From IMG/VR virus record IMGVR_UViG_3300020403_000008: 64,000 nucleotides of DNA; one strand, given 5' to 3'. The notes below the pieces were generated by a model. It saw only the letters and a list, made by a program, of their open reading frames with translations, made no database searches and was not told where the DNA came from. This document shows positions 36,401 to 46,130 of this stretch, piece by piece. Both the position numbers and the translations under genes were made by a program. Position 1 is the stretch's first letter. Every line of letters begins with the position of its first letter. This stretch comes from an uncultured virus (IMG/VR IMGVR_UViG_3300020403_000008) (Duplodnaviria; Heunggongvirae; Uroviricota; Caudoviricetes; Crassvirales).

Positions 36401-38618
36401 TCTAGCAAACGTTGTTTCATTTAGCGACAAGATAATAGTTGCAAAAAACAAAACTAAATCTTGGAAATACGGATATAACGATAAGTATGACTTTATTGTA
36501 ATATCTAAAACAGGACAGATTGGAGAAATACTTGATATTCAAGGATTGAAAATTGCATTACCTTTGCAGCCAAAAAAGGTTTACAAAAGAAGTGCAAACA
36601 AAAAAGAACAATACTGGGAAGCAAAAGAATACCCAAAAGAGCTTCAAAGAATTAAGACCGTATTCCAGTGGAATGAATATTCGTCTACATTCAAAGAGAC
36701 ATGGGTTGACTACATTGAAAATGAGTTTGAAAGAAGAGAAAATGGTTTTTGGTTTAAGAATAACGGTATTCCTACTTATATCACTGGTACTCACTATATG
36801 TACTTGCAGTGGACCAAGATTGATGTTGGGCTCCCAGAGTTCAGAGAATCTAATAGAATATTCTTTATCTTCTGGGAAGCGTGTAAAGCCGACAACAGGT
36901 CTTATGGAATGTGCTATCTTAAAAACAGAAGGTCTGGCTTCAGCTTTATGTCTTCATCTGAAACCGTCAATCAAGCAACAATTAGTTTCGACTCACGGTT
37001 CGGGATATTGTCCAAATCTGGTGCTGATGCTAAAAAAATGTTCACAGATAAAGTTGTCCCCATATCTACAAACTACCCCTTCTTCTTCAAGCCAATCCAA
37101 GACGGGATGGATAAACCGAAGACGGAGCTCGCCTATAGAGTCCCCGCCTCCAAGCTTACCAGACGGAGTATCGAGGAAACAGAACAAGTTGAAGAACTCG
37201 CAGGTCTCGACACAACTATTGACTGGAAAAACACTGGAGATAATTCCTATGACGGTGAGAAACTTAGACTCCTTGTGCATGATGAATCTGGAAAATGGGA
37301 GCGTCCCGATAATATCCTCAACAACTGGCGTGTCACTAAAACTACCCTCAGGCTTGGACGTAGAATAGTTGGCAAGTGTATGATGGGCTCAACATCTAAT
37401 GCGCTTGACAAGGGAGGTGATAATTTTAAAAAACTTTACGAAGACTCTAATGTTAATGACCGAAACTCAAACGGTCAAACAAAAAGTGGGCTATATAGTC
37501 TATTTATTCCTATGGAATGGAACTTCGAAGGTTTTATAGACCAATACGGACAACCAGTATTTAGAACTCCAAAAGACACAACTTTCGATATGTATGGAGA
37601 TGTTATAAATCAAGGTGTTATAGATTATTGGGAGAATGAAGTAGATGCATTGAAAGGCGACCCAGATAGTTTGAATGAATTTTACAGACAGTTTCCTAGG
37701 ACAGAAAACCACGCTTTTAGGGATGAAGCGCAGAATAGCATATTTAATCTTACAAAAATATATCAGCAGATAGATTATAATGACAATACAAAAAACAAAC
37801 AATCTGTTAGAACTGGAAACTTTGTTTGGAAGGATGGAATGAGAGATACAGAAGTTGTATGGGTTCCTAGTGTTAAGGGAGCTTTTCATGTAACATGGCT
37901 TCCAGAACAAGGTTTAAGAAACAATGTAGAAAAAAGAAACGGAAAGTTTTATCCTGGCAATGCACACATAGGCGCATTTGGATGTGACTCTTATGATATA
38001 TCAGGAACTGTTGGGGGTCAAGGGTCAAAGGGAAGTTTACATGGTCTTACATGTTTAAATTTTGACAACGCTCCATCAAATCAATTCTTTTTAGAATACA
38101 TTGCCAGACCGCAAACTGCTGAAATGTTTTATGAGAATGTTTTAATGGCTATGCATTTTTATGGCATGCCTGTTTTAGTTGAAAACAACAAACCTCGTCT
38201 TTTATATTATTTAAAAAATAGAGGATACAGAGGGTTTTCTGTGAATAGACCCGATAAACATAAAAATGAATTATCTAAAGCAGAAAAAGAAATAGGAGGA
38301 ATACCTTCTTCAACTTCAGTTATTGCAATACATGCTGAAGCAATAGAATCCTATATTGAAAGATATGTAGGTTATGATTATGTAGGTGAGTTTAGAGATG
38401 CTGATGTGCCAGGGAAAATGTTCTTTAACAGGACATTACTGGACTGGGCGAACTATGATATTACCAAAAGAACTAAGTTTGATGCAACGGTTAGTTCAGG
38501 TTTTGCTATCATGGCTACAAATAAGTATGTCGTGAAACCCCAAAATAATCGTAAGGAAATAAGTGTTAAATTTGCAAGGTATAGTAATAAAGGCGTACTA
38601 AGCTCAATCTTAAAGTAA
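36327..38618 (+). CDS. terL: Terminase large subunit
   Basis: KNRRSGFS Walker A, LVHDESGKW Walker B, GSTSN, and nuclease GCDSYD...ENN...D motifs; start uncertain. Confidence 0.92.
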   Translation: MAKKKTTKKIKDSKVLQSQEEGNLNLANVVSFSDKIIVAKNKTKSWKYGYNDKYDFIVISKTGQIGEILDIQGLKIALPLQPKKVYKRSANKKEQYWEAKEYPKELQRIKTVFQWNEYSSTFKETWVDYIENEFERRENGFWFKNNGIPTYITGTHYMYLQWTKIDVGLPEFRESNRIFFIFWEACKADNRSYGMCYLKNRRSGFSFMSSSETVNQATISFDSRFGILSKSGADAKKMFTDKVVPISTNYPFFFKPIQDGMDKPKTELAYRVPASKLTRRSIEETEQVEELAGLDTTIDWKNTGDNSYDGEKLRLLVHDESGKWERPDNILNNWRVTKTTLRLGRRIVGKCMMGSTSNALDKGGDNFKKLYEDSNVNDRNSNGQTKSGLYSLFIPMEWNFEGFIDQYGQPVFRTPKDTTFDMYGDVINQGVIDYWENEVDALKGDPDSLNEFYRQFPRTENHAFRDEAQNSIFNLTKIYQQIDYNDNTKNKQSVRTGNFVWKDGMRDTEVVWVPSVKGAFHVTWLPEQGLRNNVEKRNGKFYPGNAHIGAFGCDSYDISGTVGGQGSKGSLHGLTCLNFDNAPSNQFFLEYIARPQTAEMFYENVLMAMHFYGMPVLVENNKPRLLYYLKNRGYRGFSVNRPDKHKNELSKAEKEIGGIPSSTSVIAIHAEAIESYIERYVGYDYVGEFRDADVPGKMFFNRTLLDWANYDITKRTKFDATVSSGFAIMATNKYVVKPQNNRKEISVKFARYSNKGVLSSILK

Positions 38619-38621
38619 TAT

Positions 38622-41024
38622 ATGAACGGTCAACCATATTCACACGTTACAGGATTTCCTGACCAAATGGCTCTTGATGAGGTAAAAATAACAACAGAGT
38701 ATGGTCTTAACGTAGGAAAAGCAATAGAAGCCGAATGGTTTCGTAAAGAAGGAGGTACATCTAGGTACTATAACAACAGAGACACATACCACAAACTACG
38801 CACCTACGCCTTAGGTGAACAATCAGTTCAAAAATACAAAGACGAACTAGCAATTAATGGAGACATCTCTTATCTAAATTTAGATTGGACTCCTGTTCCT
38901 ATCATTCCTAAAATGGTAGATATTGTAGTTAATGGAATGTCAAACAGACTATTTAATGTAAAAGCCGAAGCAGTAGATGCTGTTTCATCAAGCAAAAAAG
39001 CTCTCTATAGGAACACTGTAGAGACCCAGATGCGCAATAAAGCTGCATACGAAGAAATCGAAACTATGTTTGGTAAACCCATGTTTAGCATGGATAAGGA
39101 TGATTTACCAGAAAACGATGATGAATTGAACCTACACATGTCTATTAGTTATAAAGACGAAATAGAAATAGCTACAGAAAAAGCTATTACTAATGTTTTT
39201 AAAATTAATGATTATGAGCTCATCAAGAAACAAGCTGATGAAGATGCAACTGTTTTAGGTATTTCAGCTATCAAACATACTTTTAATAATCACGATGGCA
39301 TAAAAATAGAATATGTTGACCCAGCTAATCTAATACATAGTCCTACTGAGGACCCTCAGTTTAAGGATTGTTATTATTATGGTGAGGTTAAAAATGTAAA
39401 TATTACAGAACTAAAAAAAATTAACCCAAGTCTAACTCAAGAGGATATAACAGATATATCAAAGCTCTCTAGTAAATGGGATGCGTACCAAGGAATCCGT
39501 GGAGGTTACAGGACTGATAATTTTGACAAGAATACTGCTACACTTTTATATTTCTGTTACAAGACAGATATGGAAATTGTGTACAAAAAGAAAAAAAATG
39601 CTTTTGGAGGAGATAAGGTTCTTAAAAAAGACGGAACATTTAATCCACCAAAAACAGAATCAGCAAGATTTGAAAAACTCTCCAAAAGAATTGATGTATG
39701 GTACGAAGGTGTACTTGTTCTAGGAACAAATCACATGTTAAAGTGGAACCTAATGAAGAATATGGTTCGACCCAAATCAGCAATACAGAAAGTATTTGCC
39801 CCGTTTATTGTCAGTGCTCCAAAAATGTACAGAGGACAGATAGACTCTCTAGTAAAAAGAATGGTTCCGTTTGCGGACCAAATACAACTAATACATCTTA
39901 AGTTACAGCAGATTACATCTAGAATGATACCTGACGGTGTTTATTTAGATATGGATGGATTGTCTGCTATTAATTTAGGAAATGGAAATAGTTATGACCC
40001 TCAAGAAGCATTGAATTTATATTTTCAAACAGGGTCTGTTATAGGTAGAAGTTTTACAGAAGACGGAGAATTTAATCACGGCAAAACACCAGTACAAGAA
40101 TTAACTTCATCTGGTGCTAACGCTAAAATATCTTCTCTTATAAATATGTACAACTACAACCTAAACATGTTAAGAGCCGCAACTGGTCTTAATGAATCAA
40201 GAGATGGTACAACGCCAGACGAGCGTGCTTTGGTTGGAGTGCAAAAACTAGCAGCGTTAAATTCTAATACTGCAACAAGACACGTTTTAAACTCAGGTCT
40301 TTATTTAACTAAAACGATTGCTGAATCAATTTATTATAGACTGTCAGATGTTTTAGAATATTCAGATATGGCAGAAGATTTAGCTAAAGGTATTGGTAGA
40401 TTCTCTGTAGATATTTTAAATGAGATAAAAAATATACATCTACATGATTTTGCAATATTTATTGAGCTTCATCCAGACGAAGAGCAAAAGGGAGTTTTAG
40501 AAAACAATATACAAGCATCTTTGGCTTCTGGAAAAATAGATATTGATGATGCTATTGATGTAAGAAGTGTTGATAATATCAAGATTGCTTCACAACTTTT
40601 AAAAGTTAGAAAAAAGAGAAAAGAAAAGCTTGACATGAAGAAGCAGCAAATGATTGCTGAACAACAAGCTCAAGCTAACGCTCAAGCAGCTCAAGCGGCA
40701 GAACAAGCGAAACAACAAACTATCTCTACTGAAGCTCAAGCAGATTCTCAACTTGAACAACTCAAAGCACAACTAGAGTTGCAAAGAATGGAAAAAGAGT
40801 TTGAGTTAAAACAAAAACTAATACAAATGCAATCTTCTATGGAGATGCAAAACAAACAAGAGCAACGTGCTTTTGAAATGCTTAAAGAAACAAACAGAGA
40901 AGATAGAAAAGATAAGAGAACTGAGAAACAAGCATCTCAGCAATCTGTTTTAATAAAACAAAGACAACAGGATTTAGACCCTGTTGATTTTGATGGTCAA
41001 GATTCTTTAGGGTCTGGACTTTAA
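38622..41024 (+). CDS. Portal protein
   Basis: Follows terL; ISYLNLDWTPVPIIPK.VDIVVNG; C-terminal Gln-rich coiled coil; promoter TAAATTTG 38567-38574. Confidence 0.88.
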   Translation: MNGQPYSHVTGFPDQMALDEVKITTEYGLNVGKAIEAEWFRKEGGTSRYYNNRDTYHKLRTYALGEQSVQKYKDELAINGDISYLNLDWTPVPIIPKMVDIVVNGMSNRLFNVKAEAVDAVSSSKKALYRNTVETQMRNKAAYEEIETMFGKPMFSMDKDDLPENDDELNLHMSISYKDEIEIATEKAITNVFKINDYELIKKQADEDATVLGISAIKHTFNNHDGIKIEYVDPANLIHSPTEDPQFKDCYYYGEVKNVNITELKKINPSLTQEDITDISKLSSKWDAYQGIRGGYRTDNFDKNTATLLYFCYKTDMEIVYKKKKNAFGGDKVLKKDGTFNPPKTESARFEKLSKRIDVWYEGVLVLGTNHMLKWNLMKNMVRPKSAIQKVFAPFIVSAPKMYRGQIDSLVKRMVPFADQIQLIHLKLQQITSRMIPDGVYLDMDGLSAINLGNGNSYDPQEALNLYFQTGSVIGRSFTEDGEFNHGKTPVQELTSSGANAKISSLINMYNYNLNMLRAATGLNESRDGTTPDERALVGVQKLAALNSNTATRHVLNSGLYLTKTIAESIYYRLSDVLEYSDMAEDLAKGIGRFSVDILNEIKNIHLHDFAIFIELHPDEEQKGVLENNIQASLASGKIDIDDAIDVRSVDNIKIASQLLKVRKKRKEKLDMKKQQMIAEQQAQANAQAAQAAEQAKQQTISTEAQADSQLEQLKAQLELQRMEKEFELKQKLIQMQSSMEMQNKQEQRAFEMLKETNREDRKDKRTEKQASQQSVLIKQRQQDLDPVDFDGQDSLGSGL

Positions 41025-41053
41025 TATAAATAATGTAAATTAAATTTAATAAA

Positions 41054-42262
41054 ATGGCAGAATTGAAATTTAGGGTCATGAATGACGAAGGAGACTTTGT
41101 TGACCCGCAAAAAAAAGAAAATGTTGCTGACGGCAAGGAAGAAGCTGCAAAAGCTGAAGCGAAAGATAAAGCAGAAGTACAAGCAGAAGTACAAACAGAA
41201 GTACAAGAACAAGTACAAGAACAAGTACAGGAAGAAGATAAAAATAAAATAGAAGAAAATGGGATACAAAAAGAGCAAGGCGAAGCCGAAACCAAAGCCG
41301 AAGCCGAAACCAAAATACTAGAAAAACCTGCTCCTGAGGAGCTAGATGAATCTAGAATATTACAACATCTGAAAGAAAGATACAACGCACAGTTTGAATC
41401 TATAGATGAAGTAATAAATAAAAATAAAACAGAAGAAGTTCAACTTCCAGAAGCTGTAGAAAAATATATGGCTTACAACAAAGAGACTGGAAGAGGGTTA
41501 GAGGACTTTATGAGAGCTCAGAAGAGTTTTGATGATGTGGATGAAAGCACATTACTATCTGAGTATTACAAGGAAACTAAACCCTACTTAGAAGCAAAAG
41601 ACGTATCTAAGTACATTGACCAAAATTTTGGTGTTGATGAAGATACAGAAGATGCTGAAAAAAGTAAAAGAGAGCTTCTCTATAAAGAAGAATTATATAA
41701 TGCAAGAAAGCATTTTAATGCAATGAAGGAAAAATATAGTGCGCCGCTTGAGTCAAGTAACGCTACTATTCCCGATGAGTATAAGAAAGCCTACGATGCA
41801 TATAATAATTATATTGAGGAGTCTGAAAAGACTAATAAGCTGACTGCTGAAAGGCAGAACGTTTTTAGCGATAAAACGGAACGTCTGTTCTCTGATAATT
41901 TCGAAGGTTTCGAATATAACGTTGGAGAAAAGAAAGTTGTTTTTAAACCAAAAGACGTACAAAGCGTTAAAAAAACTCAGTCTAATCTAAATAATTATAT
42001 AGATAAATTTTTAGATAAAGACGGATATTTAGATGACGCTGCGGGCTTCCACCGTTCTTTGAACATGGCATTGAATCCAGATTCAGTCGCTAAGTTTTTT
42101 TATGAGCAAGGTGTTGCAGATGCAACAGAAGGTCTTGTAAAACAAACAAAGAATATCGACATGAGTGTTAGAGACAATAAAACTGTAGAAGATAAAGGTG
42201 GTTTCAAGTATAGAATATTAGACAATTCGGATTCTGTGGATTTTAAAATAAGAAAACGATAA
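41054..42262 (+). CDS. putative scaffolding protein
   Basis: Acidic, repeat-rich N-terminus; lies between portal and capsid. Confidence 0.7.
   Translation: MAELKFRVMNDEGDFVDPQKKENVADGKEEAAKAEAKDKAEVQAEVQTEVQEQVQEQVQEEDKNKIEENGIQKEQGEAETKAEAETKILEKPAPEELDESRILQHLKERYNAQFESIDEVINKNKTEEVQLPEAVEKYMAYNKETGRGLEDFMRAQKSFDDVDESTLLSEYYKETKPYLEAKDVSKYIDQNFGVDEDTEDAEKSKRELLYKEELYNARKHFNAMKEKYSAPLESSNATIPDEYKKAYDAYNNYIEESEKTNKLTAERQNVFSDKTERLFSDNFEGFEYNVGEKKVVFKPKDVQSVKKTQSNLNNYIDKFLDKDGYLDDAAGFHRSLNMALNPDSVAKFFYEQGVADATEGLVKQTKNIDMSVRDNKTVEDKGGFKYRILDNSDSVDFKIRKR
41171..41314 (+). repeat. In-frame 12-bp (EVQA/EQVQ) and 18-bp (AEAETK) tandem repeats
   Basis: GAAGTACAA/CAAGTACAA units, and GAAGCCGAAACCAAA twice. 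Confidence 0.7.
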
Positions 42263-42279
42263 TTTAAAAATTAAAAGAA

Positions 42280-43617
42280 ATGGCTGTAACTATGTCTGGA
42301 GTACAAGGTGCATTAACACCCGCTCCATCGAAACAAACGTTGTCGACCAATTATCTTGGTTCGGACATCGAATTTACTTCACAATACCTTCCTGAGGTAT
42401 ATGAAGCTGAGTTTGAAAAGTACGGTAACAGAACTGTTTCATCTTTTTTGCGAATGGTAGGCGCTGAAATTCCTTTTGCCTCTGATTTAATTCAGTGGTC
42501 GGAACAAGGTAGACTACACATCGCAGTAACTGGTGCAACTCGTTCTGGAGATACTGTAACTTCAACTGCACACGGATTCCGTGTAAATCAAACTGTTATC
42601 ATCTCTGATGGTACTAATCAAGACAAAGCAATCGTATCCGCTGTAACTGCGGACACTTTTGACCTAGGTTCTTATACTGGAGCAAACTTAAATGCTTCTC
42701 TTGGAACAACTGGTCTTAAAGTGTTTGTTTACGGTTCTGAATTTGCTAAAGGAACTGCTGGAATGGCAGGAAGCTTAGAAGCTCCTAAAGACATTCAATC
42801 ATGTAGCCCAATCATTATCAAAGACAAATATGAAGTTAATGGTTCTGATATGGCTCAAATTGGTTGGATTGAAGTAACAACTGAAAACGGAGCAACTGGT
42901 TACCTTTGGTATTTAAAATCAGAGCATGAAACTAGATTAAGATTCGAAGACTACTTAGAATTATCTTTAATTGAAGGTAAGCCTGCTGCTTCAGGTTCTG
43001 GAGCTGAGAGTGCTGGAGCTAAAGGTACTGACGGTATGTTCCACGCAATCGAAACTAGAGGAAACATTGCTACTGGTTCTATTGCTACTAGAGATGACAT
43101 TGAAGAGCTTATCCTTACATTAGATAAAGAAGGAGCTATTCAAGAAAACGTTATGTTTGTAAATCGTGCTAAGTCATTTGAAATTGACACTGTATTAGCT
43201 AGCCAAAGTACATACGGTACTGCTGGTGCTGCTTCTTACGGTCTTTTTGATAATGATACTGACATGGCATTAAATCTTGGATTCACAGGATTTAACCTTG
43301 GGTATGATTTCTACAAAACTGACTGGAAATACTTAAATGATGCGTCAACAGGAGGATTAACTTCTGATGTTGATGGTGTAATAGTACCTGCTGGTACAAT
43401 GACTGTCTATGACCAAGTGCTAGGTAAAAACGCAAAGCGTCCTTTCCTACACGTGAGATTCAGAAAGTCTGAAGCTGAAGACCGAAGATATAAGTCTTGG
43501 GTTATCGGTTCTGCTGGCGGAGCTGCTAATAGCGACCTTGATGCAATGCAAGTTCACTTCTTAAGTGAAAGAGCTCTATGTGTTATGGGAGCAAACAACT
43601 TCATCATTATGAAGTAA
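42280..43617 (+). CDS. Major capsid protein
   Basis: Position; QYLPE.YE.E.EKYGNRT, WSEQGRLH, GYDFYKTDWKYLND, DAMQVHFLSER; followed by a strong terminator. Confidence 0.88.
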   Translation: MAVTMSGVQGALTPAPSKQTLSTNYLGSDIEFTSQYLPEVYEAEFEKYGNRTVSSFLRMVGAEIPFASDLIQWSEQGRLHIAVTGATRSGDTVTSTAHGFRVNQTVIISDGTNQDKAIVSAVTADTFDLGSYTGANLNASLGTTGLKVFVYGSEFAKGTAGMAGSLEAPKDIQSCSPIIIKDKYEVNGSDMAQIGWIEVTTENGATGYLWYLKSEHETRLRFEDYLELSLIEGKPAASGSGAESAGAKGTDGMFHAIETRGNIATGSIATRDDIEELILTLDKEGAIQENVMFVNRAKSFEIDTVLASQSTYGTAGAASYGLFDNDTDMALNLGFTGFNLGYDFYKTDWKYLNDASTGGLTSDVDGVIVPAGTMTVYDQVLGKNAKRPFLHVRFRKSEAEDRRYKSWVIGSAGGAANSDLDAMQVHFLSERALCVMGANNFIIMK

Positions 43618-43625
43618 TATTTATT

Positions 43626-43658
43626 AAGGGGATGGGTTATCCTGTCCCCTTTTTTTTT
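43626..43658 (+). terminator. Rho-independent terminator after the capsid gene
   Basis: AAGGGGATGGG-TTAT-CCTGTCCCCTT followed by a T-run. Confidence 0.9.
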
Positions 43659-43679
43659 AATTAAATAAAATTATATAAA

Positions 43680-44480
43680 ATGTCAACAAAAATTTCAACC
43701 CAAACAAAAAAGCCTAGCCCTAAGGCTAAAACAAAAGTAGTAGAAGATAAACCTGCTTTTGAATTTAAAGACAGGGTATATGTGTGGAAAGCGGGAAGTC
43801 CTGTAAACGTCTTATTGAGGACTCAACACACACCAAGAAAGCCCATGCAATACTTTGATGGGACTAAAACAAGAGCTATAAGATATTGTCAAAACCACGA
43901 AAGCCCATTTATAGATGAGCAAAAAGGTGAAGTACACTTAGGTAGAATAAGAATGATTAATGGAACACTTGTAGTTCCTAAAGAAGATGTAACGCTACAA
44001 AAATTCTTATCAATATATCATCCAGACAAAGATAAACTTTACTATGAATTAGACGTAGAAAAAGATGCTATGGATGATTTAGATTTTATAAGAATGGAAT
44101 CAGAAGCTACAACTTTAGCTTTACAGATGGATATAAATGATTTAGAGGCTATTGCTAGAGCTGTGTTTAGAAGCGCTGTAAACAATATGCGCTCGTCAGA
44201 AATAAGACGGGACATGGTTATATATGCTAAAGATAACCCAGGAGAGTTTATAAAGTTAGCGAACGATGAAAACGTAAAGAATAGAAATATTGCAATTCGT
44301 TCTGTAGAAATGGGAATTTTAACTATATTGTCTGATAATCAAACAGTATGTTGGAACGATAAAGATAAAACAAAAATTATGTCAGCGCCTTTTGGAGAAA
44401 ATGTATACTCTGCGTTGGCTAAGTTTTTTAAGACTGATGAAGGAGTGGAAGTCCTTCAAGGAATATCCAATAAATTGTAA
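43680..44480 (+). CDS. conserved virion-module protein
   Basis: 266-aa ORF after the capsid gene. Confidence 0.75.
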   Translation: MSTKISTQTKKPSPKAKTKVVEDKPAFEFKDRVYVWKAGSPVNVLLRTQHTPRKPMQYFDGTKTRAIRYCQNHESPFIDEQKGEVHLGRIRMINGTLVVPKEDVTLQKFLSIYHPDKDKLYYELDVEKDAMDDLDFIRMESEATTLALQMDINDLEAIARAVFRSAVNNMRSSEIRRDMVIYAKDNPGEFIKLANDENVKNRNIAIRSVEMGILTILSDNQTVCWNDKDKTKIMSAPFGENVYSALAKFFKTDEGVEVLQGISNKL

Positions 44481-44514
44481 GTTTTTTTTCATATTTTTTT
44501 TGTTTTGTTAGATG

Positions 44515-44546
44515 AAGCCCCCGTAAAAAAGGGGCTTTTCTTTTTT
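44515..44546 (+). terminator. Rho-independent terminator
   Basis: AAGCCCC-loop-GGGGCTT followed by a T-rich run; promoter TATTTTTG follows at 44548-44555. Confidence 0.8.
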
Positions 44547-44570
44547 GTATTTTTGTGTAAAAGATACGCA

Positions 44571-45263
44571 ATGATAAATTTCATTAGAAATGTTGTGATG
44601 TTTATTCTAAACAAAGAGAATAGAGGGTACTTAACTCCTATTCAATTCAACTCTTACGCAAAGCTTGCACAGCAAACGGTATTCGATGGAATGTTTAAGC
44701 AATACAGAAAATTTTCTGTAAACAAGAACAACAGAATGGCTGCCATGGACTTTGGCGATGATAAGAAAAAACTTAGAGAAGACATTGACAGGTTTGTTAA
44801 AGAGGAACAGTTACAAGAGTTAGATGGTTATTTTATGATGCCAGTAGACTGCTATTATACTTTACAACTTATTTACGACAACAACATAGAAATAGAAGAA
44901 GCGGAAAAACATAAAATGCTTACATACTTAACTAAGTCTACCCTTGCATCTCCAAGCAGATGTTATCCTATGTATGCAAAGTATTATGACAAATATTTAA
45001 TAAAGCCTGAAACTATTATAGATTGTGTAACTGCTGTATACGTTAGGAAATTAAAAGACCCAAAATGGACGTATCAGACTATAGCAAGAAATCCTGTTTT
45101 CAATCCTTCTGATGTTTCATATCAAGACATTGAATTACAAGAAGACTATGCAAACGATATAATCGCTGAGATTTTAAAGTTAGCTGGATTACAACTACAA
45201 GATAACCAAATACTGCAAGCTTCACTTGCTTACGAACAAAACACAATGGCAAAAGAAAACTAA
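44571..45263 (+). CDS. tail ring / tubular protein
   Basis: ILNKENRGYLTP.QFN..A..AQ and YVRK..DPKWTY; start moved to ATG 44571. Confidence 0.7.
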   Translation: MINFIRNVVMFILNKENRGYLTPIQFNSYAKLAQQTVFDGMFKQYRKFSVNKNNRMAAMDFGDDKKKLREDIDRFVKEEQLQELDGYFMMPVDCYYTLQLIYDNNIEIEEAEKHKMLTYLTKSTLASPSRCYPMYAKYYDKYLIKPETIIDCVTAVYVRKLKDPKWTYQTIARNPVFNPSDVSYQDIELQEDYANDIIAEILKLAGLQLQDNQILQASLAYEQNTMAKEN

Positions 45264-45269
45264 TGTATA

Positions 45270-46130
45270 ATGGCAATCACACAACAACAATATTACGCAA
45301 ATGACGCTCTATGGGGCGGAACACAATACACTAAGCTGGAAGATATAATAAATAACTTCTATGCATTCTATGTTGGTGATGGCAAAATTATAGATACTGC
45401 TAAAAGGTATGATGTTGTATTTCATGCAAAGCGAGCTCTCCAAGAGCTACATTATGATGCACTAAAAGAAATAAGAGCTGTAGAAATAGAGGTGCCCCCT
45501 CAACTACAAATGATTTTGCCAAAAGATTTCGTAAGTCTAGTAAGGCTTTCTTGGATTGACACTAAGGGGAGATTTCATCCTATTACAGAAAACAGAGATA
45601 CAGCTATTGGTGTAGCTTACCTTCAAAATGATGATGCTACATATTCATATCAGTTTGACGCTGAAGGCAACATAGAGGTAGGTAGCACTATAAGCCGTGA
45701 ACGTGCAAAAACTGTACAACCAGAAGACCAAGACTCGACATCTTTATTAGACGAAATGTATGGTGGTCGTTTTGGTATGATAACAAATAAGGCAAACATA
45801 AATGGAACTTACAACATCAGTAAACACCTTGGCACAATAGAATTTAGTACAGAGCTTACAGACAAGCTCATAATGATTGAATATGTTACTGACGGGCTCA
45901 CAGACCTTGATGATAGTGAAATACAGGTCCATAAGTTTGCAGAAAACTATGTTTTCAAACAAATTGCTTACTCTATATTATCCACTAAGTTCGGGGTTCA
46001 AGAATACATTGTCAGAAGATTTCAAAAAGAAGCGTTTGCTGCATTAAAAAACGCAAGAATAAGATTGAACGATGTCAACCCTGTTGACCTTGTAAAAGCA
46101 ATGAAAGGTCGAAACAAGTGGATTAAATAA
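45270..46130 (+). CDS. tail ring / structural protein
   Basis: FHAKRALQEL.YD, LPKDFV, EYVTDGL, MKGRNKWIK. Confidence 0.7.
   Translation: MAITQQQYYANDALWGGTQYTKLEDIINNFYAFYVGDGKIIDTAKRYDVVFHAKRALQELHYDALKEIRAVEIEVPPQLQMILPKDFVSLVRLSWIDTKGRFHPITENRDTAIGVAYLQNDDATYSYQFDAEGNIEVGSTISRERAKTVQPEDQDSTSLLDEMYGGRFGMITNKANINGTYNISKHLGTIEFSTELTDKLIMIEYVTDGLTDLDDSEIQVHKFAENYVFKQIAYSILSTKFGVQEYIVRRFQKEAFAALKNARIRLNDVNPVDLVKAMKGRNKWIK

Noticed and set aside
36553..37368. 271-aa alternative-frame ORF within terL
   Set aside because: Fully nested in the conserved ATPase region, non-ATG start, no recognisable motifs; probably a by-product of codon usage, although unusually long
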